DNA of 64,000 nt from Scyliorhinus canicula. Lineage: Eukaryota. The notes under the pieces are model-generated. The model did no database searches and was not told the DNA's origin. It saw nothing but the letters and a program-made list of their open reading frames with translations. Location: NCBI RefSeq assembly GCF_902713615.1, contig NC_052153.1:142677772-142741771 (forward strand). The letters are read 5' to 3'. Position 1 is the first letter of the stretch. Each line of letters opens with the position of its first letter. Shown piece after piece: positions 60,880-64,000 of this stretch. Made by a program: the position numbers and the translations under genes.

Positions 60880-63150
60880 AGGCAACTGACCGTTGGTCAG
60901 TGAGGAGAGGAATCTCCTGCCGGCCAGGTAATGCCTCCAATGTCACTCAGCTTCCACAATGGCTTGGGCCTCCTTTTCGACAGAGGAATTCCTGATTTCG
61001 GAGGCATGGGGGGTGTGGGAAAAGAAAGCCAGGGTCTGCCCGCCTGATTGAGGGTGGCGGCCAGAACTACGTCCGACGCATCGCTCGCCACCTGAAAGGG
61101 GAGGGTCTCATCGACTATGTGCATCGTGGCCTTGGTGATGTCCGACTTGATATGGTTGAAGGCCCGGCGGGCCTCAGCCATCAAGGAAAAAACTGTGGAC
61201 TTGATGACTGGGCGGGCCTCGTCTGCATAATTAGGGACCCACTGGCCGTAATATGAGAAATACCCCAGGCATCGTTTCAGGGTCTTGGGGCAGTGGGGGA
61301 GAGGGAGTTCCAGTAGGGGGCGCATGCTGTCGGCTACGGGCCCTAGGACTCCATTTTCCACTACGTAGTCAAGGATGGCTAAGCGGTTGGTGCGGAACAC
61401 GCATTTCTCCTTATTGTAGGTGATGTTGAGGAGTTTGGCGGTATGGAGGAATTTTTGGAGGTTTGCGTCATGGTCCTGCTGATCGTGGCCACAGATGGTG
61501 ACATTATCTAGGTACAGGAACATGGCCCGCAGCCCGTACTGGTCAACCATTCAATCCATCGCTCGCTGGAAGACAGAAGACATTGGTGACGCCGAAGGGA
61601 ACTCTAAGGAAATGATAGATCCAACTGCTTCAAACGCAGTGTATTAGTGGTCCTCCAGGCGGATGGGGAGCTGGTGGTAGGCGGACTTCAAGTCAACTGT
61701 GGAGAAGACTCGATATACTGCGCAATCTGATTGACCATGTCAGATATGCGTGGGAGGGGGTACGCGTCGAGCTGCGTGTACCGGTTGATGGTCTGAATGT
61801 CGTCAATTACCATCCCGTGTTTCTCCCCAGTCTTTACTACTACCACTTGGGCTCTCCAGGGGCTGTTGCTGGCCTCGATAATACCTTCCCGCAGAAGCCG
61901 CTGGACCTCCGACCTGATGAATGTCCTGTCCTAGGCACTGTACCGTCTGCTCCTTGTGGCGACAGGCTTACAGTCCGGGGTGAGGTTTGCAAAAAGTAAA
62001 GGCGGATCGACCTTCAGGGTCATGAGGCCGCAGACGGTGAGGGGGGGCTGGGGTCCCCGAATTTCAAAGTAAAGCTTTGGAGGTGGCATTGAAAATCAAG
62101 GCCTAGTAGCAGGGCAACGCAGAGATGGGGGAGGACATAGAGCCTAAAGTTGCTGTACTCTACACCCTGAACGGTGAGGGGTGTGACGCAGTACCCCCGG
62201 ATCTGCACAGAATGGGATCCGGGGGCCAGGGAGATTTTCTGGGTGACCGTGAGTACCGGGAGGGAGAAGCGCCTTACCATAGCAGGATGGATGAAACTCT
62301 CTATGCTCCCGGAGTCAAAGAGGCAGGTTGTCTCATGCCCGTTGATCTTTACAGTTGTCGTAGCGGTCGTGAGGTTGCGGGGCCGAGACTGATCAAGGGT
62401 GATGGAGGCGAGCTGCGGAAGTTGTTGGGAGGTCCCGGGCTGATCAGCGGTAGCGGAGGCATCGGCGGTCTGCAAACGGCCAGGCGAGCAGGGGTCCTGA
62501 GGCACGGTCCAAGATGGTGCCGAAGATGGCGGCGCCCACGGCAGACGGTATCAAAGATGGCGGCATCCATGGGCCGCACGTGGCTTGTGGTGGAGAAGGT
62601 GGCATCGCCCCTGGATCACACGTGGGGGCTGTAGCAATGCCGGGCCTGGAAACAGCAGCGACCGACCGGGCCCCGCAAACGGAAACAAAGTGACCTTTCT
62701 TCCAACACCCATTGCAGGTCGCGGTCGGCGCCGGGCAGCACTGCCTGGGATGTTTGCTCTGGCCACAAAAATAACATTTGGCCCTTCCGGAGTTGGCTGG
62801 CTGCCGCATGGCGCAGGCTTGCGGTGTACTCGAGTCGGCAGCTGGTGGGGCCCACAATGCCCATGAGGGTGCCGTGTGGTCGGAGGTGTAGGCCTCCAGA
62901 TTACGGGAGGCCAGTTCTAGGGAATTAGCAAGCTGCACAGTCTCTGCAAGGTCAAGCATACACCCTTCCAATAGCCGCTGCTGAATGTAAGTAGACTTAA
63001 GTGTCTCTGATTAGTAGTTCAGTGTGCTGGACTGCCGAAACTGCCTGGCAGTCACAGTTCCTACTGAGAATCCGTAGAGCCCGCAAGAAATCGTCCTGAC
63101 TCTCCCCCAGGAGTTGTCGTCTCATGGCCAGGAGGTGCCTGGTTTACACT

Positions 63151-63506
63151 TAGAACATAGAACATAGAACATAGAACAGTACAGCACAGAACAGGCCCTT
63201 CGGCCCTCGATGTTGTGCCGAGCAATGATCACCCTACTCAAACCCACATATCCACCCTATACCCGTAACCCAACAACCCCCCCCTTAACCTTACTTTTTA
63301 GGACACTACGGGCAATTTAGCATGGCCAATCCACCTAACCCGCACATCTTTGGACTGTGGGAGGAAACCAGAGCACCCGGAGGAAACCCACGCACACACG
63401 GGGAGGACGTGCAAACTCCGCACAGACAGTGACCCAGCCGGGAATCGAACCTGGGACCCTGGAGCTGTGAAGCATTTATGCTAACCACCATGCTACCGTG
63501 CTGCCC
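63151..63506 (-). mobile_element. HE1-type V-SINE, full length, in Gypsy C gag
   Basis: Reverse complement of the 9221-type element. Confidence 0.92.
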
Positions 63507-63857
63507 TTGATTCACATACTTGATGTACTGACCCTTTAGTAGCGTCATCGCTTCTGTGTAGGTGGGCGCATCCCGGATGAGGGGAAAATCTTGAGGGCTC
63601 TACCGTGAGTAGAGGACTTGGAGCTTCTGTGCGTCCGAGAGTTCTTCAGTGGCTGCTCTGAGGTAGCCTTCAAAGCAGGCTAGCCAGTGCTCGAAGGTGA
63701 ACGTGGCGTCGGCTGCATGAGGGCTCAGCTCCAGGCGATCAGGCTTGATTAAGATGTTCATCTTTTTAAAATCTTGTGCAAGGCTTAATTGCACAAGATG
63801 TTGTGCCTCCTGTAGCTGGAACCAGAATGGGAGCAGCACAGGAAAACATACACTTTT

Positions 63858-63968
63858 CCCGTACCAGCCTCCCCGAACAGGCTCCAGAATGTGGTGATTT
63901 TCACAGTAACTTCATTTGAAACCTACTTGTGACAATAAGCGATTTTCTTCTTCTTTTCTTTTTTTTCT
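63858..63968 (+). mobile_element. 5'-truncated short SINE (tail B) in the Gypsy C 5' LTR
   Basis: cctccccgaacagg...cacagtaacttcatttgaaacctacttgtgacaataagcg; absent from the 3' LTR. Confidence 0.8.
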
Positions 63969-64000
63969 TTTATATGTCGCCTGCTGGGCGGAGCCAGCAG

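Larger units (their letters stand above)
55253..64000 (-). mobile_element. Gypsy copy C (self-complementary-PBS lineage), near full length, with CR1 and SINE insertions; 3' LTR 55253-~55452, 5' LTR ~63781 to window end
   Basis: Matching LTRs; gag MNILIKPDRLELSP...HWLACFEGYL; two CCHC knuckles; PR LFDSGS; RT YLDNVTICG; INT HHCC and DFK...HSD...E. Confidence 0.95.

Overview
Eukaryotic, almost entirely transposable-element-derived DNA. The repeat set (HE1/V-SINEs with CR1-type tails, CR1 LINEs with an esterase ORF1, Deu-domain SINEs, a Rex1 fragment, Harbinger elements and GC-rich Harbinger MITEs, several Gypsy LTR retrotransposons and solo LTRs) indicates a cartilaginous fish, probably a shark; this is an inference from repeat recognition. 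I found no intact host gene, RNA gene or CRISPR array. All long ORFs are disrupted TE reading frames, often nested 3-4 layers deep. The most unusual signal is a Gypsy lineage present as three divergent copies (16016-16500, 35262-38180, 55253-64000). Where the 5' LTR junction is intact it has no tRNA primer-binding site. Instead, the bases after the 5' LTR are the reverse complement of that LTR's own polyadenylation-signal region, and this sequence differs in each copy. Both copies that retain RT read YLDN in place of YxDD. Together these suggest a self-priming, tRNA-independent retrotransposon. Coordinates were read by eye; ends of degraded elements are approximate.
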